Source of the DNA: an uncultured virus (IMG/VR IMGVR_UViG_3300025723_000025)
Lineage: Duplodnaviria; Heunggongvirae; Uroviricota; Caudoviricetes
Strand: one strand, 5' to 3'
DNA length: 64,000 bases
Virus record (IMG/VR): IMGVR_UViG_3300025723_000025
The notes beneath the pieces were generated by a model, which was not told the origin of the DNA, ran no database searches, and was given only the letters and a program-made list of their open reading frames with translations. Within the stretch, counting starts at the first letter, position 1. Each line of letters opens with the position of its first letter. The position numbers and the translations under genes are program-made. Positions 18,045 through 29,055 of this stretch are shown here, piece by piece.

Positions 18045-19943
18045 ATGTCTGAATTTAAACCAATGGTGAAGATGTTCACTGATGAGCCTTCAGTATCCCT
18101 GAAGCTCAAAAAAGGTGGCAAAGTTCACGCAAAACACCACGCAAAAGGCGGTAGCGAACATGGTGAGCATGGCCATAAAGCCATGCATCATGTAGTTGCA
18201 GGTCATATGCATGGTGCTCATCACGCTTTTGAATCTGAAGATGGTAAGGCTCCTAAAAAGCCTTCTATGTCAGAGCGTCGTAAAGCGATGAACCCACAGT
18301 TGTACAAAAAAGGTGGCAAGGTTGCTCACAAAGTTATGGGCGGTGCAATGCCTATGGCTGGTGGCATGAATCCCGGTGCTATTCCTACTCCAATGGGACG
18401 TACTGGTATTGCCGCTATGGCTCCTGCTCAACGTGCCGCTCGTGCCGCAATGGTTCGTAAAGCACTCACAGGCATGAAAAAAGGTGGTGATGTTGACCAC
18501 AAGTTGATCGAGAAGCTTGAAAAAGAACTCCATCACCATGAGTCATTGCCATTGTCTAAAGCCCATCACAAGGCTTCAGGCGGTGCTATTGATCGTGACG
18601 AAACTCGTACAACTATTGAAAAAGGTGCGAAGAAATTCGAGAAAACCAAAGTAGTTGACGGTGATCATCATGACAAACACCATGGCACAAAGGGCATCAA
18701 AGATGGTGTTCCTGCAGGCTACAAGCATGGCGGTCATGCTCATGGCGGTAAAGTTCATCACATCTCTGGTCATCCAGAAGGTTCACATGAGCATCACAAA
18801 GCTATGGCTAAACACCATGCTAAACACCACAAAGAAGGCGGCTCTGCTCACCACGCTAAGAAAGCTGAACACCACAAGCACATGGCTAAGATGTGCAAAG
18901 GTGGTCACTATGCAACTGGTGGCGCAATTCCTGCTGACACTCATGAGTCTAAGAACAAGGCTAAAACCAAGTTCGGTGGCACTTATGAGGGCAATGAACA
19001 TGACTACGTTAATACTGAAATGCATGAAGCTAAGAAAGATAAAGCTCATGGCACAGGCGGCGTAAGCATGAGCAATGCTGGTGGCTTTAAGCGTGGTGGT
19101 CGTATGCATCACAAAGCTACAGGCGGCGTAATTCCAGCGGCTACTGAAAAGAAGCTCAAGGAAGGCCACTTTAAGCATGACGCTGTAGAAGGCGGCGATT
19201 GGGAAAATCGTGCGGCTGACACATCTACTGCAGGTGTTAAACACACTCGCACTGGAGAAGTGAAAGAAGCTAATGCTGGTGGCTACAAACGTGGAGGCCA
19301 TGCCTCAAAAAAAGCCTACGCCACAGGGGGTAATGTAGTCGACAGTGGTAAAGCTGAAAAAATGCCACGCCACTTCGTCAGCCGTCCTGTGGCTAATAGC
19401 TTGCAATCAGGCACCTTTAAGACTGGTGGTGAGGTAAAAAAGCTCGCTAAGGGTGGACGTGCCGAGAAGGAGGAGAAGCCAAACCTCCGCTTGATGTCCA
19501 CTCACACTGGCCCTAAAGGTCACGTAGCAAAGGTTTATAAGGACAAGGATTGGGGTGAGCATCGTGTTAGGTTTTATAGTCCAGAGGGTAAGCATTATCC
19601 AGAAGCCGACTATCACACCGATGACAAAGAAGATGCTCATGACACAGCCAAGTACGCATTAAACCGCTACAAGCATGGTGGCAAAGCAAAGCGTTACGCT
19701 GAAGGTGACTCAGTAGTTGATGATGCTGGAACTCGTTCTACGAATAAAGCATATTCAAACTGGGAAAAAAGTCAGCGTGAAGAAAACGAAGCAGATGCTA
19801 ACTTAATTCCAAACATGGTCAAACGTGGGGTGAATGCAGTTAAAGGTCTATTCGGTACGCCGAGCGGAAGTGTGACAAAGACTGAGAAATCAATCACTGT
19901 TGCGCCAGCTAAAAAACGTGGTGGCTCTGCAAAAAAGTGTTAA
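18045..19943 (+). CDS. His/Lys/Gly-rich low-complexity protein with repeated xGG motifs
   Basis: AGGAGG RBS; many His clusters; repeated KKGG/YATGG/YKHGG. Confidence 0.8.
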   Translation: MSEFKPMVKMFTDEPSVSLKLKKGGKVHAKHHAKGGSEHGEHGHKAMHHVVAGHMHGAHHAFESEDGKAPKKPSMSERRKAMNPQLYKKGGKVAHKVMGGAMPMAGGMNPGAIPTPMGRTGIAAMAPAQRAARAAMVRKALTGMKKGGDVDHKLIEKLEKELHHHESLPLSKAHHKASGGAIDRDETRTTIEKGAKKFEKTKVVDGDHHDKHHGTKGIKDGVPAGYKHGGHAHGGKVHHISGHPEGSHEHHKAMAKHHAKHHKEGGSAHHAKKAEHHKHMAKMCKGGHYATGGAIPADTHESKNKAKTKFGGTYEGNEHDYVNTEMHEAKKDKAHGTGGVSMSNAGGFKRGGRMHHKATGGVIPAATEKKLKEGHFKHDAVEGGDWENRAADTSTAGVKHTRTGEVKEANAGGYKRGGHASKKAYATGGNVVDSGKAEKMPRHFVSRPVANSLQSGTFKTGGEVKKLAKGGRAEKEEKPNLRLMSTHTGPKGHVAKVYKDKDWGEHRVRFYSPEGKHYPEADYHTDDKEDAHDTAKYALNRYKHGGKAKRYAEGDSVVDDAGTRSTNKAYSNWEKSQREENEADANLIPNMVKRGVNAVKGLFGTPSGSVTKTEKSITVAPAKKRGGSAKKC

Positions 19944-19946
19944 TTA

Positions 19947-19974
19947 AGTTGGGGGGCTTCGGCTCCCCACTTTT
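19947..19974 (+). terminator. Terminator-like hairpin
   Basis: GGGGGGC-TTCG-GCTCCCC followed by ACTTTT. Confidence 0.65.
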
Positions 19975-19986
19975 AAAGGATAAATT

Positions 19987-20763
19987 ATGAGCAATGGAAT
20001 CGTTTCATCGATTACTAGAGCAGGTACAAGTGAACCATTTGATCTGCAAGTGAATCGCAATCAAGTTGATGGTCACAGCAATGTGAACATTAATGGCTAT
20101 AACGCCGCTGTAGCAGGTACACAGATCCCATTGTGGGAAAATTCAACTGCTTACACATTCCCAGCTTCTGCCTTGACGATGACTGTTGCCAGCTCTTCTG
20201 CAACTGATACATCACCAGCAAAAGTAACCATCAATGGTTTAGATGCTAATTGGAATGCAATTTCTGAACAAATTACTTTGAATGGCACTACTGGTGTAAC
20301 TACTATCAATCAGTATTTGCGTATTAATAGTGTCATTATGAATACACCTGCGACTGGTCAAACTACCAACGTAGGAAACATTACAGTTAAAAATGGCTCA
20401 ACGACATATGGGCAGATCAATGCTGGTTTAGGCCGTAGCCAAATGACTGTGTATTCAGTACCTAATGGATTCAATTTCTATTTGCGTCGCATTAATTGTT
20501 GGTCAGGTAGTTCTTTGTCTTCAAATGTGTACATTTTTTACAATTTGTTGACTCAACAAAATGGTGCGGCATCACTATCTGCGGCACAAATAAGTTTTAC
20601 ATTATTTGTGGATGTGCATCGTTACTGTGCAAACGTGTTTGGCCCAAAGACTGATCTTCAGTTTTTATTTTCAACCAGTGATAGTTCAACACAGCACGTT
20701 GCAATGTATGCAGAAGGTTTATTAATTCCTGTAGATGTATTAACAACTCAACCCGGAGCTTAA
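19987..20763 (+). CDS. Virion structural protein (hypothetical)
   Basis: Beta-rich composition, late operon. Confidence 0.65.
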   Translation: MSNGIVSSITRAGTSEPFDLQVNRNQVDGHSNVNINGYNAAVAGTQIPLWENSTAYTFPASALTMTVASSSATDTSPAKVTINGLDANWNAISEQITLNGTTGVTTINQYLRINSVIMNTPATGQTTNVGNITVKNGSTTYGQINAGLGRSQMTVYSVPNGFNFYLRRINCWSGSSLSSNVYIFYNLLTQQNGAASLSAAQISFTLFVDVHRYCANVFGPKTDLQFLFSTSDSSTQHVAMYAEGLLIPVDVLTTQPGA

Positions 20764-20765
20764 TC

Positions 20766-20951
20766 ATGCCTTTAATTCATAGCAAATCTAAGAAAGCTTT
20801 CAATGAGAACGTGGCTACTGAGGTGCACGCAGGCAAACCTGTGAAGCAGGCAGTAGCGATTGCATACAGCGAAAAGCGTCATGCTAAGAAAGCCCATGGT
20901 GGTCATATCACTACTCATGAGCCTAATTGCAAGCACAAAGGTTGCTGGTAA
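20766..20951 (+). CDS. Small basic protein ([13 protein letters not shown] type)
   Basis: RBS; motif recurrent in phage head modules. Confidence 0.75.
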   Translation: MPLIHSKSKKAFNENVATEVHAGKPVKQAVAIAYSEKRHAKKAHGGHITTHEPNCKHKGCW

Positions 20952-21346
20952 TGTCTAAGAACGGTCTCTATGCCAATATTCATGCTAAACAAAAACGTAT
21001 AGCTGAAGGTTCTGGGGAAAAGATGCGGAAGGTGGGATCAAAAGGTGCCCCTACCGCAGAAGCGTTCAAAGAATCAAAGAAAACAGTCAAGAAAAAAGAA
21101 GGCGGAGTTTCTTTGGCTGTTGGACGTGGAGAGAAGTTGCCAGTGTCTAAGGGTGCTGGATTAACTGAAAAAGGTCGGGCAAAATACAACCGTGAGACAG
21201 GCAGTCATTTAAAGGCTCCACAGCCTAAAGGCGGAGCTAGAAAAGACTCTTTCTGTGCAAGAATGTCAGGCGTTGTTGAGCACTCAAAAGGTGATGCCGA
21301 AAGGGCGAAAGCATCACTTAAGCATTGGAAATGTCCCGGATGGTGA
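20951..21346 (+). CDS. Basic hypothetical protein (GLYANIHAK; SFCARMSG...WKC)
   Basis: TAATG coupling. Confidence 0.75.
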   Translation: MSKNGLYANIHAKQKRIAEGSGEKMRKVGSKGAPTAEAFKESKKTVKKKEGGVSLAVGRGEKLPVSKGAGLTEKGRAKYNRETGSHLKAPQPKGGARKDSFCARMSGVVEHSKGDAERAKASLKHWKCPGW

Positions 21347-21356
21347 GAGGTAAATA

Positions 21357-22415
21357 ATGGCTTACAGCGGAACAGTTGGGCAAACAGTTGTAACAGTACA
21401 AAATTTTATTGATCAAGGTGCCCGATTGTCCGGCACGCTTGCGGAATCGCTCACCGTTGAACAAGTACAAGGTTCTAAACAAGCTCTTTTCTTTGTCTTA
21501 AGCAATCTGATCAACCAAGGTATCAATTATTGGGCGATCGACAAACAAGTTTATGGTCTAAATCAAGACCAATACGAATACAAATTACCTTTGGGCGGTG
21601 TGGATGTGCTCAATGCACTCTATCGCACTATCCAAAGACCCTCAGGAAGCCCTTTTTCGAGCTCAGGGAACGCTGGATTAGCATTCGACAACAATATCTA
21701 CACATCTGATGCTCAATCGGCTCCAAACGGCAATATTGGCATCCTGTTTCCTACTGGTTCTCCAATCTATGCTGGTTCAATTGGTATTCTTCCTGCAGTC
21801 TCAGGTAGCTTTCACATCATTCTTGAGTACACATTAGACGGTACAACATGGAAAACCCTGCAAGACACGGGTGTGACTACATGGGTATCTGGTGAATGGC
21901 TTTGGTATGACATCGATCCGGGCTTTACTGCCGCTGGATATCGCATGCGTGAGACATCAGGCAATACTTTGAACGTCGCAGAGTTCTACGTAGGCGACTT
22001 GGTGACTGAAGTGACCATGTCTCGTTTAAACCGTGATGACTACACCAACTTGCCAAACAAGAATTTTGCCGCAAATCAGCCATATCAATACTGGTTGAAC
22101 CGCACAATTCCACAAGCGACTATCACTTTGTGGCCTGCTCCTAGTGATCCATTCGTCCAAATGACGATTTGGTATTCACGTCAGATCATGGATGTGGGTG
22201 ACTTAAATGGTCAGCTAGAGATTCCACAGCGTTGGAATCAAGCAATTCAATTCCTTTTGGCCCATCAAATGAGCATGATTTTGCCCGGCATCGCTGTCGA
22301 TCGAATCACTTATTTGGAAGCTCAGGCAGAAAAATACTTCATCATGGCAGAGAACGAAGAGCGTGATAAGTCACCGATTTACTTTGCACCCAACATTTCG
22401 GTGTACACAAAGTAG
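21357..22415 (+). CDS. Putative head-tail adaptor/neck protein
   Basis: RDDYTNLPNK..PYQYW..ITLWPAP pattern; position. Confidence 0.6.
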   Translation: MAYSGTVGQTVVTVQNFIDQGARLSGTLAESLTVEQVQGSKQALFFVLSNLINQGINYWAIDKQVYGLNQDQYEYKLPLGGVDVLNALYRTIQRPSGSPFSSSGNAGLAFDNNIYTSDAQSAPNGNIGILFPTGSPIYAGSIGILPAVSGSFHIILEYTLDGTTWKTLQDTGVTTWVSGEWLWYDIDPGFTAAGYRMRETSGNTLNVAEFYVGDLVTEVTMSRLNRDDYTNLPNKNFAANQPYQYWLNRTIPQATITLWPAPSDPFVQMTIWYSRQIMDVGDLNGQLEIPQRWNQAIQFLLAHQMSMILPGIAVDRITYLEAQAEKYFIMAENEERDKSPIYFAPNISVYTK

Positions 22416-22418
22416 ATC

Positions 22419-22787
22419 ATGCCGAGATTTCTTGATACACGGGGCAATGCAGTAATAGCGATTTTCATCTGCGATCGATGCAAGATGAAGAGACCTATTA
22501 TTGAGGCCATGCCTGACCCCAATTTTCCGGGTCTAAAGGTGTGCAATAGAGGCTGTGCAGATCAAAAAGATCCTTACCGTTTACCTGCAAGGAAGACAGA
22601 GCGGATCAATTTGCAATATCCAAGACCCGATGTTAGTGTAGCTACTGAAGACGATGGTTTGGCATTGACCCCAACAGGTGACAATATACCCGGCGGTAAT
22701 GGAAGCGAATGGTATATCAGTACTGAAGGCAATACTCAGACTCCAGAGCAAACTGGCAATAACGACATCATTACACCGATAGAGTAA
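22419..22787 (+). CDS. Hypothetical protein with CxxC pairs
   Basis: CDRC...VCNRGCAD. Confidence 0.7.
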   Translation: MPRFLDTRGNAVIAIFICDRCKMKRPIIEAMPDPNFPGLKVCNRGCADQKDPYRLPARKTERINLQYPRPDVSVATEDDGLALTPTGDNIPGGNGSEWYISTEGNTQTPEQTGNNDIITPIE

Positions 22788-22789
22788 AC

Positions 22790-25621
22790 ATGGCACAAGT
22801 AACGATAACCCAACTACCTTTAGCAGGCCCTTTAACTGGATCTGAATCAGTACCAATCGTCCAAAATGGTGTCACTGTACAGGCGACTACGGGTGCAATC
22901 GCTGGTGCTGGTGCGCTGAACTTCCCATTTTTGACAGTTGGTACCGCCGCTGGCCTTAGCCAAGGTCGTTATTTAGCGGCTGGATCTGGCCTCCAATTAG
23001 TCGATAACGGCGTTGGAAACAGCCTGCAAATCAATTTAACTGGTGCCGCACAATCATTGAATGGCGCAGGCAACGGATTCATGGTCAAGACAGGGGCAAA
23101 TACCCTCATCAATCGACTTTTAACAGTCGGTGGAGGCATGACTATTGCCAACGCTGATGGCATCTCTGGCAACCCTTTAATTGGCCTTAATGCAAATCTA
23201 CAAGCCCTTTCCAGTTTATCTGGAATAGGATTGATGACAGTCAATGGTTCGACGTTTAGTCAGACTACACTTCTTGGTACCACTAATTCGATTACCATTT
23301 CTAACGGTAATGCGTCAGGCGGTAATCCAACAATCGCTATCTCAGCTAATCCAGTATTGACTGGCACAGGTGGCGTACAAGTTCCAACAGGAACTACTGC
23401 CCAGCGTTTAGCCAATAATGGCGTCATTCGCTACAACTCAGATACAGCACGCTTTGAGTTTTATCAAGGCGGAGCGTGGACTAACATTGGCACTGGTGAC
23501 GGTACAGTTACCTATATCAATGGCACAACCAATCAGATTTCAGTTACTAATCCAAGCACTACGCCGACGATTAGCATCTCATCTAATCCAGTTTTACCCG
23601 GCACTGCATTCGTTGTATTGCCTCAAGGTAGCACTGCACAGCGTGGCACACCTTCTTATGGTGCTCTTCGCTACAACACAGATACAGGCGGTTTAGAAGC
23701 CTATACACAAGCAACTGGCTGGGGTGCGATTATCTCAGGTGCTGGTGTATCAACATTTACTGCTGGATCTACAGGGTTAACACCTAGTTCTCCAATGTCA
23801 GGCGGTATTGTTTTGGGTGGCATTTTGAACCCAGCAAGCGGCGGTACAGGCGTTAATAACGGCGGATATACCACTACTTTGGCTGGTAATGTATCTTTTG
23901 CAGGTGCCTTTAGCACTGCAGGTGCATACGCATTAACCCTAACTGCAACTGGCGCAACTAGCGTCACATTGCCTACAACTGGAACTTTAGCGACTTTGGC
24001 AGGGGTAGAAACCCTTACTAATAAGTCAATGTCCGGCTCGAGCAATACATTCACAAACATCCCAAATAGTGCTCTGACAAATAGCTCGGTGACCTATAAC
24101 GGCGTGACTGTGGCTTTAGGTGCATCAGGAACAATCACTGCGGTAAACCCTTTTACACTGACTTTTGGTACTCATTTAACTGGCACTTCATACAACGGTT
24201 CTGCCGCTGTAACGATTGGCACTGATGCGACAAATTTGAATACCGCATCAACTATTGTTGCTCGTGATGCATCTGGAAACTTTAGTGCTGGAACCATTAC
24301 TGCTACTCTGAGCGGAACAGCGACTCAAGTATCGAATGCATTGACATTTGGCACTAGCTTATCTGGCACATCATCGACCTATAACGGTTCAGCCGCAGTC
24401 ACAGTCAACGTAGCAAACAGTGGCGTGACCGCAGGAACTTATGGATCTTCCTCAGTAATTCCAGTGATTACTGTAGGTGCCGATGGTCGTGTGACTAGTG
24501 TTTCGACTCAAGCAACCAATGCTCCTGCTTATCAGGGAACATGGAACGCCAATACAAATACTCCTACTCTGACATCTAGCGTTGGTACAGCAGGTTACTA
24601 CTACGTGGTAACCGTTGCAGGTAACACGACTTTAAACGGCGTTTCAGGCTGGAACGTAGGTGACTGGGCCATCTTTAGTAACGGTGCGTGGCAAAAGATT
24701 CCCGGATCTACTACTGAGTCGTTTACGAATTTGATCACCACCAACTTGCAAATTGGTGGTTTGACTGGCTTCGTATATGCAAATAACACCACTGGATACG
24801 CTACTGCGGCGACAACAGCTCAATTATTAAGCTTGCTGGGCACGACTCCAGTAGCTAACGGCGGCACAGGATTGACTACCCTAGCCGCTGGTGCATTGAC
24901 TTATGGTGCAGGAACAAGTGCTCATGTACCTCTAGCTATTGGTACGGCAGGTCAAGTATTGACTGTTAACTCAGGCGGCACAGCTCCTCAATGGTCAACA
25001 TTGAGCGGCGTGGCTGTGACTACATTTAGTGGTGGTACAACTGGATTGACTCCATCGACTGCTACTTCGGGTGCGATCACTCTTGGTGGCACATTAGCTA
25101 TTGCAAATGGTGGTACAAATCAGACTTCATTTACTGCTGGATATGTCCACTATGGATCATTTAGCACAAGTGCAAACCTTCAATTTGACGGTACAAATTT
25201 AGGTATTGGAGCCGCTCCTGTAAGCTCTAAAGGTCAATTGCAAGTTGGCAATATTGGCTATACAGACACTGGCATTTTGGCTGGATTTGCATCTATCGTT
25301 GCTGGATATAATCAAATTATTCTGCAGAACACAAATTCAGGTGCGACTGCTTCGACAAACTTTAACGTCTCCAACAATAACGGTACTGCAACCACAAACT
25401 TTGGTGAGTTCGGTATCAACTCATCAGGGTTTACTGGAACTGGTGCGTTTAGTACAGCAGGCAACGTCTACCTAGCCGCCGCATCAACAGATTTGGCAAT
25501 TGGTACATATGGATCTAACGCAATACATTTTGTAGTAAACAGCGGAGCAACAGACGCAATGACTATTCCAGCGAGTGGCCCAATTGTGGCACCTGTCGGC
25601 ATTGCTGGCGGAGCATTCTGA
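22790..25621 (+). CDS. Tail fibre protein
   Basis: Gly/Thr-rich; GxxRYN, NGGTG and WNAxTNTP motifs. Confidence 0.8.
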   Translation: MAQVTITQLPLAGPLTGSESVPIVQNGVTVQATTGAIAGAGALNFPFLTVGTAAGLSQGRYLAAGSGLQLVDNGVGNSLQINLTGAAQSLNGAGNGFMVKTGANTLINRLLTVGGGMTIANADGISGNPLIGLNANLQALSSLSGIGLMTVNGSTFSQTTLLGTTNSITISNGNASGGNPTIAISANPVLTGTGGVQVPTGTTAQRLANNGVIRYNSDTARFEFYQGGAWTNIGTGDGTVTYINGTTNQISVTNPSTTPTISISSNPVLPGTAFVVLPQGSTAQRGTPSYGALRYNTDTGGLEAYTQATGWGAIISGAGVSTFTAGSTGLTPSSPMSGGIVLGGILNPASGGTGVNNGGYTTTLAGNVSFAGAFSTAGAYALTLTATGATSVTLPTTGTLATLAGVETLTNKSMSGSSNTFTNIPNSALTNSSVTYNGVTVALGASGTITAVNPFTLTFGTHLTGTSYNGSAAVTIGTDATNLNTASTIVARDASGNFSAGTITATLSGTATQVSNALTFGTSLSGTSSTYNGSAAVTVNVANSGVTAGTYGSSSVIPVITVGADGRVTSVSTQATNAPAYQGTWNANTNTPTLTSSVGTAGYYYVVTVAGNTTLNGVSGWNVGDWAIFSNGAWQKIPGSTTESFTNLITTNLQIGGLTGFVYANNTTGYATAATTAQLLSLLGTTPVANGGTGLTTLAAGALTYGAGTSAHVPLAIGTAGQVLTVNSGGTAPQWSTLSGVAVTTFSGGTTGLTPSTATSGAITLGGTLAIANGGTNQTSFTAGYVHYGSFSTSANLQFDGTNLGIGAAPVSSKGQLQVGNIGYTDTGILAGFASIVAGYNQIILQNTNSGATASTNFNVSNNNGTATTNFGEFGINSSGFTGTGAFSTAGNVYLAAASTDLAIGTYGSNAIHFVVNSGATDAMTIPASGPIVAPVGIAGGAF

Positions 25622-25655
25622 TGGCAAAATACATGAAAGTTAAAAGGACTTAAAA

Positions 25656-27722
25656 ATGGCACAAAGCGGATATACCCCGATTCTGATCTACGCTAGTGGA
25701 ACCACTGGCAACACTCCATCTGCGGCTAACATGACCAGCAGTGCAAGTGGTGCTGAATTGGCATTGAACTACTTTGACGGGAAGCTTTTCTACAAAGACG
25801 CTTCAGGTAACGTGCAAGTTCTTGCTTCTAAAGCAGGAAACATCAACGTATCGTCTTTAAGCTTTGGAACCACAGGTCTTACACCTAGCACAGCTACTAC
25901 TGGTGCAATCACTGTTGGTGGAACTTTGGTAATTGCCAACGGTGGTACAGGCCAAACTTCATTCCCAGCAGGGCAGGTGCATTACGGCTCATTCAGCACT
26001 TCTGCCAATATGACCTTTAACGGCACTAGCTTAACTCTAGCTAATGATGCTTCTATATCAGGTCTTACTGTTGGTAAAGGTGGTGGTGCTATCGCTGGTA
26101 ATACAGCTTTTGGTTCTTCAGCGTTAGCTGGTGCAAATACTGGAACTGGTTACAACACAGCTATTGGTGCAAACAGTCTTATTAACAATACTTCTGGAGA
26201 ACAAAATACTGCTGTTGGGTTAAATACTCTAAATGCAAATACAACAGGAGTTTTTAACACTTCGGTCGGCACTTTTGCACTTACAGCCTCCACAACAGCT
26301 AGCAATAACACGGCATTAGGTTACGCAGCTTTAAAACAAAATACAACTGGCGTAACTAATACTGCTGTAGGTTCACAGTCTTTATTTTCAAACACCACCG
26401 CCTCTAACAACACCGCAGTAGGTTATCAAGCTGGCTATACAAATACGACTGGTACAGATTTAGCTTTTATTGGCTATCAGGCTGGATATAGTAATACAAC
26501 TGGTGCAGCAAATATTGCAATGGGTCGTGGTGCTTTATTTTCAAATTCTACTGGAAATAATAATACTGCACTTGGTTGGTCTGCTTTAATAGCAAACACC
26601 ACCGCTTCAAACAACACCGCAGTAGGTTATCAGGCTGGGTATAGTAATACTACTGGAACACGATTTACCACTATGGGTGTTCAAGCTGGTAAAGCATATA
26701 ACAACGTAAGTGGAAATTATGGTGATACATTTATTGGTGCTTATGCTGGCACAGCAGTAACAACTGGTTATGACAATACATTTATTGGCGCACAAGCTGG
26801 TATTACTGCAACAACAGGAAACTTTAATACTGCTTTAGGAACTGCCGCTCTTTACTCAAACACCACCGCTTCTAATAACACAGCAGTAGGCTATCAAGCT
26901 GCTTATAATAATACTACTGGAGAAATTACTGCTGTAGGTTGGCAATCTGGATATTTAAGTACAACCGCTGTAGGTATTGCAGCATTTGGTGTTCAGGCTC
27001 TTTATAATAATTCAACTGGTTTAGGAAATGTTGCATTTGGAGGTCAAGCAAGAGGTGTTCTTAATGCTACTTTATTTGCAAATACTACTGGTTCTTATAA
27101 CACTGCTGTAGGTATTGGGGCTTTAACATTAAATACTACATCCAATAGCAGTACCGCAGTTGGTTATTCTGCTGGATCAAATTCTACTGGTGCAACAAAT
27201 TGCTTTTTTGGTTATAGCGCTGGTTCAAATTTAACAACAGGAAGTGGTACTGTTTACATAGGAAATTCACCACAACCGTCAGGAACTGGTGCTACCGCTG
27301 AAATTGTAATTGGAAATGCCTTAACAGGAAAAGGCTCAAATACTGCATTTATTGGTGGTACAAGCGGAGCGTACAATCAAGCTAATACAACTACCTGGGC
27401 TACCACTTCTGACAGAAGAATTAAGAAAAACATTGTTGAAAACAACGAAGGTCTTGCAAAAATATTGCCAGTACCTGTTTTTAACTTTGAATATAGAACG
27501 CCTGAAGAAGTTGATTCAGAGTTAAAGCCTACCGATGCTATTGATAAGCAAGGTATTCAACTTGGTACTATTGCTCAAGAAATTCAAAAAGTTTTACCAG
27601 AATGTGTAAAACAAGAATCAACTGGTGTATTTACAGTTAATACCGATCCACTTGTTTGGTATCTCATTAATGCAGTAAAAGAACTTAAATCAGAAATTGA
27701 CCAATTAAAAGGAGCTAAATAA
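25656..27722 (+). CDS. Tail fibre/receptor-binding protein with C-terminal intramolecular chaperone (peptidase S74-like)
   Basis: NTAVGxxAL beta-roll repeats; TSDRRIKKNI, GTIAQE, LINAVKEL. Confidence 0.88.
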   Translation: MAQSGYTPILIYASGTTGNTPSAANMTSSASGAELALNYFDGKLFYKDASGNVQVLASKAGNINVSSLSFGTTGLTPSTATTGAITVGGTLVIANGGTGQTSFPAGQVHYGSFSTSANMTFNGTSLTLANDASISGLTVGKGGGAIAGNTAFGSSALAGANTGTGYNTAIGANSLINNTSGEQNTAVGLNTLNANTTGVFNTSVGTFALTASTTASNNTALGYAALKQNTTGVTNTAVGSQSLFSNTTASNNTAVGYQAGYTNTTGTDLAFIGYQAGYSNTTGAANIAMGRGALFSNSTGNNNTALGWSALIANTTASNNTAVGYQAGYSNTTGTRFTTMGVQAGKAYNNVSGNYGDTFIGAYAGTAVTTGYDNTFIGAQAGITATTGNFNTALGTAALYSNTTASNNTAVGYQAAYNNTTGEITAVGWQSGYLSTTAVGIAAFGVQALYNNSTGLGNVAFGGQARGVLNATLFANTTGSYNTAVGIGALTLNTTSNSSTAVGYSAGSNSTGATNCFFGYSAGSNLTTGSGTVYIGNSPQPSGTGATAEIVIGNALTGKGSNTAFIGGTSGAYNQANTTTWATTSDRRIKKNIVENNEGLAKILPVPVFNFEYRTPEEVDSELKPTDAIDKQGIQLGTIAQEIQKVLPECVKQESTGVFTVNTDPLVWYLINAVKELKSEIDQLKGAK

Positions 27723-28063
27723 TGACAACAACATACACAACAACCGTAACAAATCTTTACACCATCCCTAACCCAGCGGGTTATGTGGTAAATGCAGTCT
27801 TTGAAGTAACAGGTACAGATGGTACTAACACTGCTTCAATAGATGGTAATTGCCAATTTACACCAACAGAAGGTCAAAACATTATTCCTTTTGACCAGCT
27901 TACTCAAGCGCAAGTTATTGGCTGGATTAATGAAGCTACTGACAATCAAGCAAGCTATTACGCTAACATTGATGGTCAAATTGCTTCACAAATCAATCCG
28001 CCAGTTAGCCCAGCTAACACTCCATTGCCTTGGGCTACACAGCAAGCACCTGCTCAGGCATAA
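27722..28063 (+). CDS. Putative tail fibre-associated protein
   Basis: Coupled to fibre gene; PFDQLTQAQVIGW...PLPW. Confidence 0.65.
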   Translation: MTTTYTTTVTNLYTIPNPAGYVVNAVFEVTGTDGTNTASIDGNCQFTPTEGQNIIPFDQLTQAQVIGWINEATDNQASYYANIDGQIASQINPPVSPANTPLPWATQQAPAQA

Positions 28064-28118
28064 TATTTAAAGGGAAGCCACCACCCTATTTTGGTGGCAA
28101 TTTCATGGAGATGAAAAA

Positions 28119-28304
28119 ATGGATGAAATCAAACTGTCAACCAATCTAGTTAACGCAATCCTTCAATATTTGGGTAACCAAAGATGGATTGATGTTTCTG
28201 GTTTGATTAATGGAATTCAACAAGAAGCTCAAGCACAAGGTGCACAACCAGCACAAGCCCCAGTGGCACCTGCTGAAGCTCCTGCTGAAGCACCAGCACA
28301 ATAA
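28119..28304 (+). CDS. Hypothetical protein
   Basis: GGAG RBS. Confidence 0.7.
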   Translation: MDEIKLSTNLVNAILQYLGNQRWIDVSGLINGIQQEAQAQGAQPAQAPVAPAEAPAEAPAQ

Positions 28305-28313
28305 GGATAAGTC

Positions 28314-28634
28314 ATGGACTTAAAAGCATACTTAGAGAAATTTGAGTCAGAAGCAAAAGGCGAAATTCATAGCTTTATCGATTTCGTTCATGCTGAAGAG
28401 CGTAAATTATTGGCCCCATTTCATTCAGATGAGCCAGTAATCCCTATGCCTTCTACTGATGATGGAAATCCTCCTGTAGCGGTTCCTGTCGCTCAAGAAG
28501 AGCCAATTGAAGAAACTCCTGTAGATGCTCCTGCTGAAGAAACTCCTGAAGAAGCTCCGGCTACTGAAGAAGTTCCAGCAGAAACAGCACCTGTAGAAGA
28601 TACTCCAACAACTGATAATCCTATAGCCCAATAA
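28314..28634 (+). CDS. Acidic Pro/Glu-rich protein
   Basis: AAGGA RBS; low-complexity tail. Confidence 0.7.
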   Translation: MDLKAYLEKFESEAKGEIHSFIDFVHAEERKLLAPFHSDEPVIPMPSTDDGNPPVAVPVAQEEPIEETPVDAPAEETPEEAPATEEVPAETAPVEDTPTTDNPIAQ

Positions 28635-28643
28635 GAGGTAACC

Positions 28644-28874
28644 ATGTCCTTCGACTTTGACCCAGTCAAATATGGCGTTCTTTGGCAAAAGGTCGAAGGA
28701 TATGAGGCCAAACTAAATGACATCTCCAAAAAGCAAGACAAAATGGAGTCTCAGATAGAAGAGCTTGTCGCCCTTGCAAACAAGAGCAGGGGCGGTTTTT
28801 GGATGGGAATGGCTATCGTTTCAGCCATCAGCGGATTAATCAGTTTTATTGCAGGATTGTGGCATGCAAAATAA
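28644..28874 (+). CDS. Membrane protein, holin/XhlA-like candidate
   Basis: Coiled coil plus C-terminal TM segment in lysis region. Confidence 0.55.
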   Translation: MSFDFDPVKYGVLWQKVEGYEAKLNDISKKQDKMESQIEELVALANKSRGGFWMGMAIVSAISGLISFIAGLWHAK

Positions 28875-29055
28875 GCCTGCTCATAAATCTAAAGTAATGT
28901 GGTTTTCACTTGCTTTAGTAATTTTTGGGGCACTATCAGACAATATTTCGCAATTACAAAATCTAATAGACCCTAAATTCTATTCAATTACAGTTATTGT
29001 AATTGGAGTCATTTGCGCCGTTTTGAGATTTCAAACAAAAGGGCCCATTGAATAA
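28864..29055 (+). CDS. Putative holin (2 TM)
   Basis: Two hydrophobic segments; lysis cassette. Confidence 0.55.
   Translation: MQNKPAHKSKVMWFSLALVIFGALSDNISQLQNLIDPKFYSITVIVIGVICAVLRFQTKGPIE

Noticed and set aside
18783..19301. Long antisense or alternative-frame ORFs (e.g. 18783-19301, 12206-12691, 37082-37588)
   Set aside because: Shadows of biased or low-complexity coding sequence, without RBS or recognisable motifs
25656..27722. Diversity-generating retroelement targeting the tail fibre
   Set aside because: No reverse transcriptase and no TR/VR pair differing only at adenines; the repeats are coding beta-roll units
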